Shown piece after piece: positions 14,256 through 29,012 of a DNA stretch of 64,000 nt. A program made the translations under genes and the position numbers. Origin of the DNA: Zygnema circumcarinatum SAG 698-1b. Taxonomy: Eukaryota > Plantae > Zygnematophyceae. Location: the NCBI GenBank assembly GCA_037447605.1, contig CM074817.1, forward strand, positions 1,674,001 to 1,738,000, written 5' to 3'. The first letter of the stretch is position 1, and each line of letters begins with the position of its first letter. Below the pieces are notes generated by a model, which was not told the DNA's origin, did no database searches, and worked only from the letters and a program-made list of their open reading frames with translations.

Positions 14256-14465
14256 GTACGGACGGCCCATTACGGACAAGAAAGCCGTACTGTTTATACG
14301 GTACAGTAGCTAGGTACGAGCGTACGAAAGGATACGGTTGTAGGATAGAAGGCGATCTTTCATACATTCGTACTGTCGCACAAGAGTATGAAAGAGTACG
14401 GACTGTAAGATAGAAGGAGAAACATCCGTGCATTCGTACTATTGTACAATAGTACGAAATGGTAC
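14256..14465. promoter_or_regulatory. Bidirectional ATS1/RUVBL1 promoter with 11 GTAC cores
   Basis: GTAC at 14256, 14287, 14301, 14314, 14322, 14370, 14396, 14436, 14444, 14452 and 14462; the two start codons are ~390 bp apart. Confidence 0.6.
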
Positions 14466-14541
14466 GAATCTCTAGAATAGGAGGGAGGTTCTGGCCTTAG
14501 AGAGAGGGAGGCTGGTTTGCTGAAGGGGGGAAGTGGCAGCC

Positions 14542-18747
<4,206 letters not shown>

Positions 18748-19172
18748 GCTGCAGCCCTAATACTGAGAGCCTTTCATCTGATCTTTTAGCTTTCTGAAAC
18801 CGTAAACCCCAGGACTCTTCAAAATAATGCGGCTACCAATTTTGTCCCTGTCGCCATAATCAAGATGCGCAACGACCCATTTCCTTGCTCGTTGGGAGAT
18901 GAAAAACCTGTTAGATGGTGTAGTGAATTGCCGTGTACATGTGCACATGCATGTCTACGTATGTCTGTACATGTGGATGAGATCCCCCCAACCTACTAGA
19001 ATTTCAGACGTGGTAAACGCAGGTTCCCTCTTAAATGAAGGGTACCTTGCTTTATTGATCGCTGGAGGAAAAAGAATGATTCCAAAGTTACACCTCCCCC
19101 AGCCATGCACGTGGAGCTAGCCCTAAGACTAATTCTAACCCTAACCTAGGCAGGTGATAACGTGGCGTGGCC

Positions 19173-22100
19173 TTACTCTTCCAGAGCAAAGACCACGAAG
19201 GTGTCCATCAGAGACCAGCGGCGGAGCGCGCCCTTGTTGGGCGGGTTGATGACGGCCTTGTCGCCGGCCTCCAGGCGGTATCCGATCATGATCTCCATCC
19301 GCTTGCGCGCGCGCACCATGACCTCCAGGAAGCTCAGCTCCTCTTCGTCGTACACGTAGAACCCCGCCGGTCGTATGTACATCTCGTTGCCCTGAATGCC
19401 GCCATTCCATTATTCGCCTCCCGATCAGCTCCCTCCTTTCCCCCTTCCCCCCTCCTTTCCCCCTTCCTTTCCCCCTCCCTTTCCCCCTTCCTTTCCCCCT
19501 CCCTTTCCCCCTTCCTTTCCCTCGTCCTTTCCCCCTCCCTTTCCCCCTTTTCTCTCCCTCTCCCTCTTCCATTCCCACTCCCTCTACCCCTCCCCATTTT
19601 CATTACCTCCTCTGCGAAGAGCTCCTCCAACACACGATTGATTTCGCGATCCTCCGCCACCTGGCCATTGCCATCACCTCACGGCACAGCACCTGGTCAG
19701 AAGAAGCAGCTGCTCACACCCCCCTTAAAGGCAACATATGTGCCCTGAAACGAATGTATTCCTAACAAATATGTAACGAAGCGACATATTTGTGATGAGA
19801 TGAGAATGCGCGAGCACTTGGTTTGAACGAGTTCCCACCATAGCCAGCGCCATGGAAACAAGCTCATTACTGAGAACGTAGTCGCTGATTTTCGAGACTG
19901 AAACAAGACTCCGCGTGCGGGAGTCGAGAATTTCGCTGATTATGATGGACTTGCTGGACAACTGTTGCATTTGGCGCACCCATGTTGCTCTTGCGGTTTT
20001 GTTGTAGGGCATCCGCTTGGACTGCAGGCACGCAGAAGGGGTGACAACGTTAGACGGTGAAAGAGACCGTCCAATCAGAACATGGAACACATGTCCAGGT
20101 CGCCGATCCACTAAAGTACGATGGCTTACACAAAGCAGCGGCAAAACCCTTCTTCCCTCACTTGAATATCACGAATGAGAAGCAGAGTTGCGAGGGAGCG
20201 CGAGTCAGCGTTCATCACAGTGTCCTCCATCGCCTCGTCTGCAAGAATTAAAATCTGCAAGTGATACAAAGACGGGCTGGAAAAGGAAGTGAGTGGCGGA
20301 GGAAGGAGAAATTGTTTCCTCAAAGATGAGGATACATGTACTTAAAAAGGAAAGGTCGTCGGTTTGATCAAACATGTAGCATGACTGTGCTGATGACTGT
20401 TCTGCAGCTTACCGAATCAAAGTTTTCCAAAGGAAGGCTTTCCAGGTGACGCCGAATGACTGCATTCCCAACACGGTGTTCTATGCGAATGTTCACCAGT
20501 TCCTCCAGCCCTCCCTCCCGCAGCCGTGATTCCCGCTCTTCAATTGGCACATCAGAGAACATCCAAAGTTCCGACCCTCTCGCCAAAAATGCCTCCAACA
20601 CCTGCCCTCCCTCTCTCCCACCATCATTTCTGTAAGCTGCAGATGCTATCACTGACCTCAATTTGAGAAAATTCATTTTTTGGGTATGTCAACTGAATAC
20701 GCACTGTGATCATGTCATCGATATCTCGTCTCCATCCACAGAAGAGAATTTTTTCCGGCATTTTTGGGGGTACAGCCACATCAGGGAGATTCCCTCTCCT
20801 TATCTGCGGGAGTGGACCTGGTGCATACGAGTTTTCATCTTCTGCTACCACTAGGAGTGCGTCCTTTGGTTTCAAAACATATGAATCGGGGGGGTTCAAC
20901 ATGATGCGTCCTCCATCGGCAGCAATGCGAACTCCGCAGGGTATGGCCTCCGGGAAGGAAATGAACACATCCCCAAAAGTCATGCCTGCCAGATTTTGCC
21001 AACACTTCATATAAAACTCACAGCTTTCAAACCCTAAAATGTCCTCCCAAATTTGTGCAAGCCCGGGCTGCCTTGCACACTGAATCATAAGGCGGCCAAT
21101 GACATCGTGTGCTACCACAGTCTCTACCAGCTGCCCTCCCACCATCTGCAGCAACCACGCTGGGCCCCCCCTTTTGCCCCCATCAACACTTAGCCACTTA
21201 GGGCATTTGAGGGGGTAGTTAAGAGTGTGTGACCTTGCTGATCATTAATCAACTGTACATAAATACACTTATTGCAGGTTTTCAACAGCGTAGAAATTTT
21301 TTATCCAACAAGTCGACCATTTGTGCCTTTCCTGAGTCCTTGTGACCCTGTGGGGCATTCTAAGCATGCATCAAATTCACCAACGAGGCAGAACTCACAC
21401 CTTACCTTCACAAGCTGCTCATTGTCGAGGTCGCTCAGTTCGACCACTATGTGGCCACGCAGACCTTCTCGAACACCTGTAAGACTAAGAACTACTCGTA
21501 AAGCCCTTGCATCTGATTGGTCCGCATTTTCCACCTCAGCAAGAACAATGATAGCACGAGCTGTCGAAACCGACACTTTTTTAAGGTCTGCGACAACAAG
21601 GGGAGAGCCGGAGCGGCAAATGACGGATGTGCCCAAAAAGTCGAACTCCAATTTTGCAATCTCACTCTCCATTTCCTCCTTCTCCCGCTCCGCGAGCACC
21701 ACTACTACTCCACCTCCAATGCTTTGATTTGCTACTGCAAGCTGCTTGATCATGGGGCCCTGCAGATGGCAAAAATAAATAAACAAGTGACTTAAACCAT
21801 CATGCTACTGGTTGTTTCTGGTTTCAAGCATTTTTTTATCCACCTAGAAGTCGACAGTCCTCTCCCTGTCCTACGATGTTTTAACGGAAATCAACAGAGG
21901 ATAGGTACAAGGAGCATGGCTTACCAGCTTGTCACTCCACCCAAGCACGAGCGTATGGTTGCTCTCAATCACCTCACTTTTACCCTTCCGAAGGGAGTCT
22001 ACCTTTTCCGAAATTGCATCCGATACAAGTCCAAGCATGAGTGCGAAGATGAGCATTCCCCCAAAGCTAATAGTTATGCTCACAATGCGCGGCCCTACGC

Positions 22101-24840
22101 CTTTTGAGTCCGCGTGGTTTCCCGCATCCGCTACAAATGTCCAAGCAGCCCAAGTGGCTTCACTCAGAGTTTGGTCGGAGCTAACTGCATAAAGAGCCAA
22201 TCCTCCAAGAGATATTCTGAAGTGCCGCAATAGAACAAAAAAAAAAAAAAAACAATACATTACAAAACAGACAGTGAACTTCTGGACGCTGCCAGAGATC
22301 AGAAACTACCTTGCAACTGCTCCTTTCTTTTGTACAACCGAAGTGATGGGAAAAGGTAAGAAAAGCAGGTTCGATTCCTAGATGCTGATGAGGGACAACG
22401 AGCATAGGAGACTGTTGCATTCATCGGCTTCTTGTCTTGAAAAAGGAAAGGAAGCAAAATCTCTTTCCCAGACATTCTGAACTGATTAAGTAGTGTGTAA
22501 ATCAAATGCTTGGCTCAAGGATAGAGATGAGTGGAATGTCCTTCACTATCTTTACGATATACATTCATCTGAATTCTTTCTTGCCCTCCAAGGTGCTCTG
22601 CCTGAAGGCAGGGGTTGGTTAATTGAAAAGACCTTCCCCTTCTCCCTCTAACGATGACAACATCAAGGTAAAATAAAATTTATTTTCTCTCCCACACGGC
22701 TGCGGAAGTTTGCCTGTGGATATCTTAGTCTTGGAACTATGACCCCATCATGTTTGGGCTGCAAATTGCAGACTCACAGGAGAGTCGTAGCCCCCAGTAA
22801 TGCGAGCGGCTTCACCCAAGAATAAGTTGAAAAGAGAACGTCAACACGGTATGCAAGACGCTTGCTTAAAGGCACCTCTTCGTCACCTCCAGCTCCTTCC
22901 CCCACCTTCCCTGTAAATAATATGCCAAGACCTAATCGCGGAAGCTGGTCGACATAGTGCAGGAGTAGCACAGGTAGCACCAGTGACACAATTGATACTG
23001 TTAATGCGAGCCCTCTCCATCCTCTGTCATCGGTATGAGCAGTGCCACTCATCTCCTCGACGGGTGATAGCGGTTCTTCTTCTTCTGAGCCGGATGATTT
23101 GAAGGAGGGGGGGAGTACGCAAGTTTGGGAAGATGGTGTTGCTCTGACAAGCATACCTTCGCTAAGGCTACTCTGAAGAGCCTGCACTGTCCTCTGTAGA
23201 ATTGTATTCACAAAGTGCACACAATAGATGTTCAATCACTCCATAGTGTCAGAAAAAGGGTCAGTGGTTTTCTAAGGGCTTTAGAATATTGCTAAGAAAA
23301 CGAAGCACACATGAGGGGATTCCAAAGAAACGTAAGCAACTTCAGAGAGGCTCGAGTAGTTAGGAGACAGTGGTAGCACACCTGCAGCTCCGTGATTTTC
23401 CAGGTCAATACAAAAACAAATATGCACATACACGTCATCTGCACAGCAGACACCAGGCCCCGAATTTCAAACGTTTAGGCCTCTCCTGGCCAAACTTAGA
23501 AGTTGCAGATTCAAATTTTGGCCCTCGCTTGCAAGTCAGGGTTTTGCTCCTATGACTTTTAAATTCCTTTATTACACAACCAAGAATTGGGCTGGGGTAA
23601 TAGAAGCATGACAGTAATAGCTAGATATCGCTTCCGCAGAATCACCGGGATGCAACCTTAACCTTCCTACATGCTGCTATATTGCAGGGCCAGAGCTCGA
23701 CCGCACCAGAAAACCAATCAAACTTGAAGACGAGAAAAAAGAATGACTTGTTGAAGGCGCCCTTTCATACAGCCAGGGAGCCGGAGAAGCTGCAGCAGCA
23801 ACAGGGGGACTCGCTGCCCAGCCTGCAGGAATCTCCTTTCCAGAAGTTGTGCTCTCTCGCAAGGGCCTCCTGCCACTCTCTATACTTGAAAGCGATCTCC
23901 TGGAATCACTCGCACTCTGCTCCCTAACCTCCCCAATCTCTCCTCCTACCGGAGCATCTAGTCGCATACTTCTATCACTACCTTTGAATTCTGCAACTGT
24001 CTCTCCCACTCCATTGACCGTTGCTTTCGGAGTCGATCCTCTGCTTGAAGGGCTGAGACCTGACCCCCCTGCTTGTCTTAAATCTGCTCCAATTCTTGCA
24101 GTTATTGGCTTTAACCAACCCCGAGGCTTTAGTTCCTCTGCACCAGGGCTTGCAGCCCGCGCACTCGGAGACACTGACCCTCCATCTGAGCGACGCTTTA
24201 ACAAATCCATTTGAAGCGAAAAAAGTCCTGAAGAAGAAGGTGAAAAGGAGTTATTTGCTGCTCTCGCATCTCCCTGCTCCTGAGAAGCTGAAACTTGAAC
24301 GCGCTGAGCTCCCGCTCCAGAGGACGCCGGTGCAGAATTTATCCGCTCCAGCACTAAAGCTCGCTGAATATGAGCTTCTCCACTCTCTCTCCCTTCCCCG
24401 CTGGCAACCGCCTGCACCGCTGCAACTGCTGAAGCAGCTGCTTCAGCGGTGCTGTTAGTGACGCCACCTGTGCCACTAGCAATGCTCCCTGCCGTATCAG
24501 CATTGCTTCCTGAAGCTCCACCTGCAGCATTTCCTGCAGAAGAGCTCGTTCTCCCTGCAGAACTGATGCGTCTGAGCACCGGTTTTAGGTTTCCAGGAAG
24601 CCCTGCGGAGCTTCGGGGGCTGTCCAAGGGGGCTGCATGGTGCGGAAGGGAGAGGGAATTCCTGAACAGGCGAGGGTCGGCCCTGCTTGCCCACTGCAGC
24701 ATCCCTGAGTCGCTGCTGCTGGGCTCCATGGAAGCTCCGTTCCGTTCCAGCCATGAAATTGGGCCACGCCGCAGCGCATGGCGGCGAGCAGGAAATGCAG
24801 TCACGCTGTCGTCAGAGGCCACCTGCTTCGGCCTCGACAT
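19173..24840 (-). CDS. POLLUX: CASTOR/POLLUX/DMI1-family nuclear-envelope cation channel, with long disordered N-terminus (start tentative)
   Basis: KRLAYRVDVLFS, filter WTFVADAGNHAD, LGLVSDAISEKVDSLRKGKSEVIE, RCK-region RSGSPL..DLKKVSVSTARAIIVLA, VGGQLVETVVAHDVIGRLMIQCARQPGLAQIWE, VAEDREINRVLEELFAEEGNEM; stop at 19173. The CASTOR versus POLLUX clade cannot be resolved by eye. Confidence 0.93.
19433..19550. repeat. 12/24-bp CT-rich tandem repeat in the last POLLUX intron
   Basis: Repeated cctttccccct(t/c) units. Confidence 0.85.
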
Positions 24841-25848
24841 TCCCTGAACGCTCTCATTCGCCACGCCCCTCCTCACGCCAGGCGCCGCTCTCCCAGGAGA
24901 GAGAGTGAGAGCTGGGAGGGAGGGAGAGCGAGTGGCAGACCGATGTGTGGGAGATGAAGGACGACGGAGAGAACCGGAGAGAGGGAGAGGGAGATGGAGA
25001 GGGAGGGAGCGGCGTTTGACTAAGCCTGGAGGCGCGCTTTTGCCCCCCGGGAAGGTCAAGCGACAGACGCTCCATGCACATAGTTCCGTTTCCTCTGACG
25101 GCGTAACTGCCGGAACGCCATGCGACACATGTCACCCTCCCGTCTATCAAAAAGACAAAATAGTACGAATGACTTTGAGGTTTTGGACGTGTGAAGCGGC
25201 CACGTGGCGGAATTTTAGAAGGCGAAGCTACGTGGCGGATAGAGAGAGGCTGACGGACATGCCGAGAAATCGCACAGGGAACCTGGTCACAGTTACTGAA
25301 CGGGATGTGGCAGTCCCGTGGCTTGTGGCCGTCACATTCAAAAAGAATGATCCTACTCCTAAACCTTATCCCCGTTCAAAACCTCCAAACAGCAAAGCTC
25401 AATCCCTAGGAAGACCCTCAGAACTCTCCCTCTCTCTCCTTTTCTCTCTCTCTGACTTTGTTCCCCCCTCTTTCTCTCCCTCACAGTCTCTCTCTCTCTG
25501 ACTCCCTGTCTTTGCTCGGAACTTTTCGAAGTATCAAATTCTGAATTTCAGTAAACCCTGCAACAAATGTGTCCCCTTAAGAAATCGAAAACTCAGGGGG
25601 TACATACGGACCCTCAAACGCTAGAGATTGGAAGGAACGGCAAGACATGTGCGAATCGGTTTCCAGTTCAGTATAGTTAAGTGCAGTTCCGTTGCGTTCA
25701 ATAGCGCATACGTCTTATCCAACCAATTCAGAATGTTCCGTTTCTATCCGTTCTCCTCCATTACGTCCAGTTCAGCTCAGTTCCATCCAATCTAGTTCAG
25801 TTCAGTCAAGTTCAGTACAATGTCGTTGCGTTGTGTAGAACAGCTCAC

Positions 25849-26250
25849 CGCGTTCTATGTGGCGCTTGGAGAGCTTCCCGAGCGGCATTGATTGGCCACG
25901 TTGATCTCAAACTCCATCATGGCCATCCTGCATGCGAGGGCTTTGCGTTGAACATAGGGTGTTGGGTGTTGGAGGCAAATCATTGAGAGTGTTTGAAACA
26001 TACTTATTGAGAGTTTAAGAAAATATTGGGTTTATTAGAGTAGGCTTTGACACTTGTGGTTTAATGGTAAAAGGGTATTTCTCTTTTTGCTGAATCCTCG
26101 AATGCGAACAATGAACAACAAGACGCGGATTTCGACAAACGAAGCACCTGAAAGTTTCGATATCAACAATGATCTTAAGATGGCTGGCCAATCGCTGGTC
26201 CAGGCTGCTCCGGCTGCCAGCCGGCACCCTCTCCTTGGTCCTCGTATCGC
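25849..26250 (-). pseudogene. PARP1: Two-exon fragment of a PARP1-like gene (start of the PARP regulatory domain), frameshifted
   Basis: Exon A (~26250-26148) SRSSLDQRLASHLKIIVDIETFR splices AG|GT...CAG|G to exon B (25927-25849) RMAMMEFEINVA-[2 extra nt]-MPLGKLSKRHIER, followed by a GTGAG donor. Matches the plant PARP1 motif ...KMLFDVETYRxAMMEFEINMSEMPLGKLSK. Confidence 0.8.
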
Positions 26251-26353
26251 GAAAACTCAAATTCAAATGGATATGGGCTTGCCGATACGACACGATACAA
26301 TACGATACGATACGTGCCGGAGAGGGCGTGCCTTCGCCCGCGCCGGGTCGGAC

Positions 26354-26461
26354 CAACCATTAGATCGTGCAACCATTGGAGCAGTCAACCATTGGATAGG
26401 TCAACCATTGGCACGGTCAACCATTGGAAGGCGCGCTCGCTTGCTTGCTCGCAACCGTTGG
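26354..26461 (+). promoter_or_regulatory. 16-bp-phased array of CAACCATTGG (inverted CCAAT boxes) upstream of the transferrin-like gene
   Basis: Copies start at 26354 (CAACCATTAG), 26370, 26386, 26402 and 26418, with a variant CAACCGTTGG at 26452. The 6-bp spacers differ. Confidence 0.6.
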
Positions 26462-26541
26462 TTGTTTCACCTTGAAGCATTCCGCCGACCGCCTGGCCTC
26501 CCTCCCTCCCTCGTGGAGCCTGCTTACTCCTTCAAGCAGCA

Positions 26542-29012
26542 ATGGCGCCATGGCGAGCTCTGGCGCTGCTGCTTCTCTTGCCTCTCCTGCTCCCCTGCGC
26601 GCGAGGTATCTGCCTTCATGCAAGCCTAGGAATCATGGGCCGTTTCGATGCGTGTGACGGCTGTCGTTTGTTGCGTTTTCCCACTGCTGCTTACGCTGAT
26701 CGTGTGGTTTTCTGGAGGGATCGCAGGTGACTTGGCTCCTAGTCCAGCAGAAGGGTCTGATTTTGACAGCGCGAATGTTAATTCTGATTCTGATGATGAA
26801 CCTGAAGCCCCTCTTCCATCCCCCCCAAGCCCGCTTCTTCCTGATTCCTCCCCTCCCCCCTCTTCCCCACAAGCATCAGAGGACGAAGCGACGACCGTGC
26901 AGAAAGTGCGCTGGTGTACTACCTCCCTGGGAGAGCTTTCCTTCTGCAAGGACGTCCTGCCAGTTCTGACGGTGGAGGGAAAGCAAGAGTGGTCCTGGTA
27001 AATTCCTGCACAGTTGAGTTTTTAGTGAAGATGGAAGCGCTGCATTTGGTTAGCTTCTTTCTGTTGGATTAAGAAACATTACTCGGTAAGGCTCGTTGAG
27101 TTTGGTCGGATTTCTTAGGTGAATGGGCAGTACCCTCAGCTGTAATGCAGCATGCAGTTGTATCGGAAAAGGCAGTGGAGTGGTATAGGTTGAGGGTGGA
27201 AGTGGAGATGCAGCTGAAAACGGGTTGAATTTGTGTTGCAATGCTCTAGACTTTCGCCCTTCAATGGGGGCATACGGGAGGCTGAGATGACAACATTTGC
27301 AGAAGCTTTGTATTTGGGCGCTGTGAACAGTGTGACAAGGAACAGTCCGTTCGCCTGCATGGACGCCATTGGGCAAGGGGAGGCGGAACTCATAAGTCTG
27401 GAAGCCGGGCTTGCCTATCATGCCTTCGCTAATCGCTCGATGAAGGCTATAATGATGGAGATGATTGGCCGCGATCCTGAATACGATGCTGTGGCGGTGG
27501 TTAAGAAAACTATCTGTGAAGGACGTCCGGGTTTAACGTTCACCGATTTGCAAGAAATGCGTTCTTGCCATGGCTCCTATTGGTCAGCTGCTGGCTGGGA
27601 TATCCCTCTGGAAGCACTTATAAGTTCAGGGGCCATAGACCCGAAAGAGGCCAATGAGACTCCGGGGATAAATTTTGATATTACCCTTTTTTCAAATTTC
27701 TTTGGAGGGAGCTGTGCCCCGGGGGACAGAGATAGCCGACGTCTCTGCTCCGCCTGCTTAGTTCAGGAAACAGAGGGGCCTTGTGATTTTTCAGATCCTT
27801 ATGCGGGTTCAGCAGGGGCCTTCCGCTGCCTTGTAGAGGACGCTGGTGAAGTAGCTTTCACGCGCACCCCTATTGTGTCGAGATTCTCAGCTGGAGGATT
27901 GTTGGAGCAAAGTTGGTCAACCCTGCCGTCAACCGAGTTTATGTATGTGGAGGCTCCATTCTTGCCAAAATTCCTGTGTTTTTTTTCTCATCGCTTACTC
28001 TGAAAAGGATTCCTGATCGTATTGGACTGTCTCCTGCTGAAGTCACCTTTCCTTTCTTTGTGAATTCCTGGTGGTCATTTCGCAGGTATATTTGCCCAGG
28101 AGGTGGTTGCGCGCAAGCGACGGACAATCCGAGCTATTACAATTGCTCGTAAGCTGCTCTTGCCCTGATCCCCAGTGAACATATCTGCCGCCTTAAGCGG
28201 CAAGCTGAGGGCGTATAACAAAAGCTAACATTTGAAAAATGCAAAGTGCATGCGGCTGATTTTTCAGACGAGTAATGTCAACATCATGGCAGCTGAAGGG
28301 TATCCCTGAGAGCGAAGCAGCAGAAAGTTGCTTCTACGGAGAGGTTTATTGACTGTGCTGTACGGGAGGACGGGGCACGTACAGTCTTGGAAAAGTGGCT
28401 ACCAATATGGTTATGACGCGCAATGCGATATCGGAACGTGATAGACAGTCTATAGTTACACGCTTGCAAGAAGCTGCAAGCATCGCCAAGTGGACATACT
28501 CTCTATTTGTTGGTACAAATGCACATAGTTATCTTCTCAGCAGCAGGTGCATACCTGATCCTTATTTTAATTCAAGCTTTTGAACCTTCCAAATTACGAG
28601 GCATGCGCTTTCTATAGTGTTGGACTTAAAACAATGTTCTGAAGCAGGGTTGAAAGTGTCCTGATGCTCTTTGGGAAGCCTGGATGCAGTGCAGTGGGAC
28701 TGTTTCCTGTGGATAGGCTCACACGCGAGGTGCTCGGACACGCGGGAGTGATCGCTGAGCGCGTTCACATACTAAACGAGCACACCACGACATTACCAAA
28801 TGAGGATTCCAGTTCAGGTGAAGACCACGAGTGAACTGTAATGCACATGTCCTGCTGCACTAGTCACTACATTTGGGTCTATTGGCTTTCACTTGAGGGA
28901 AAGTTGATAAGAAGGTTTTGAGAGCAAAGCTGCAGGCATGATGCGGTTTACGTGGAGCTGGACGCCTTTGCTTCTATCAATTTTGGCACTTCTAGGAACT
29001 TTATTACTCTGA
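26542..29012 (+). CDS. Single-lobe transferrin-like protein: signal peptide, Pro/Ser-rich linker, probable C-terminal GPI signal
   Basis: Exon 1 26542-26605 (MAPWRALALLLLLPLLLPCARG) splices in frame to 26727. Transferrin motifs VRWCT, CMDAIGQGEAELISLEAG, YDAVAVVKK, SCH...AGW, SCAPG...LCSAC, YAGSAGAFRCL..GEVAF. Final exon 28936-29012 gives DSSSG-MMRFTWSWTPLLLSILALLGTLLL*. Confidence 0.88.

Noticed and set aside
19141-19748. Overlapping repetitive ORFs (GRGK/PPSF repeats)
   Set aside because: They arise from the intronic tandem repeat in the last POLLUX intron.
25600-26320. Helitron or MULE ends around the PARP fragment
   Set aside because: No convincing TIRs, TSD or hairpin-CTRR terminus found by eye, so no mobile element is called.
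26354-26430. Repeat-spacer pattern reminiscent of a CRISPR array
   Set aside because: 10-bp repeats and 6-bp spacers are far too short, there are no cas genes, and the context is eukaryotic.
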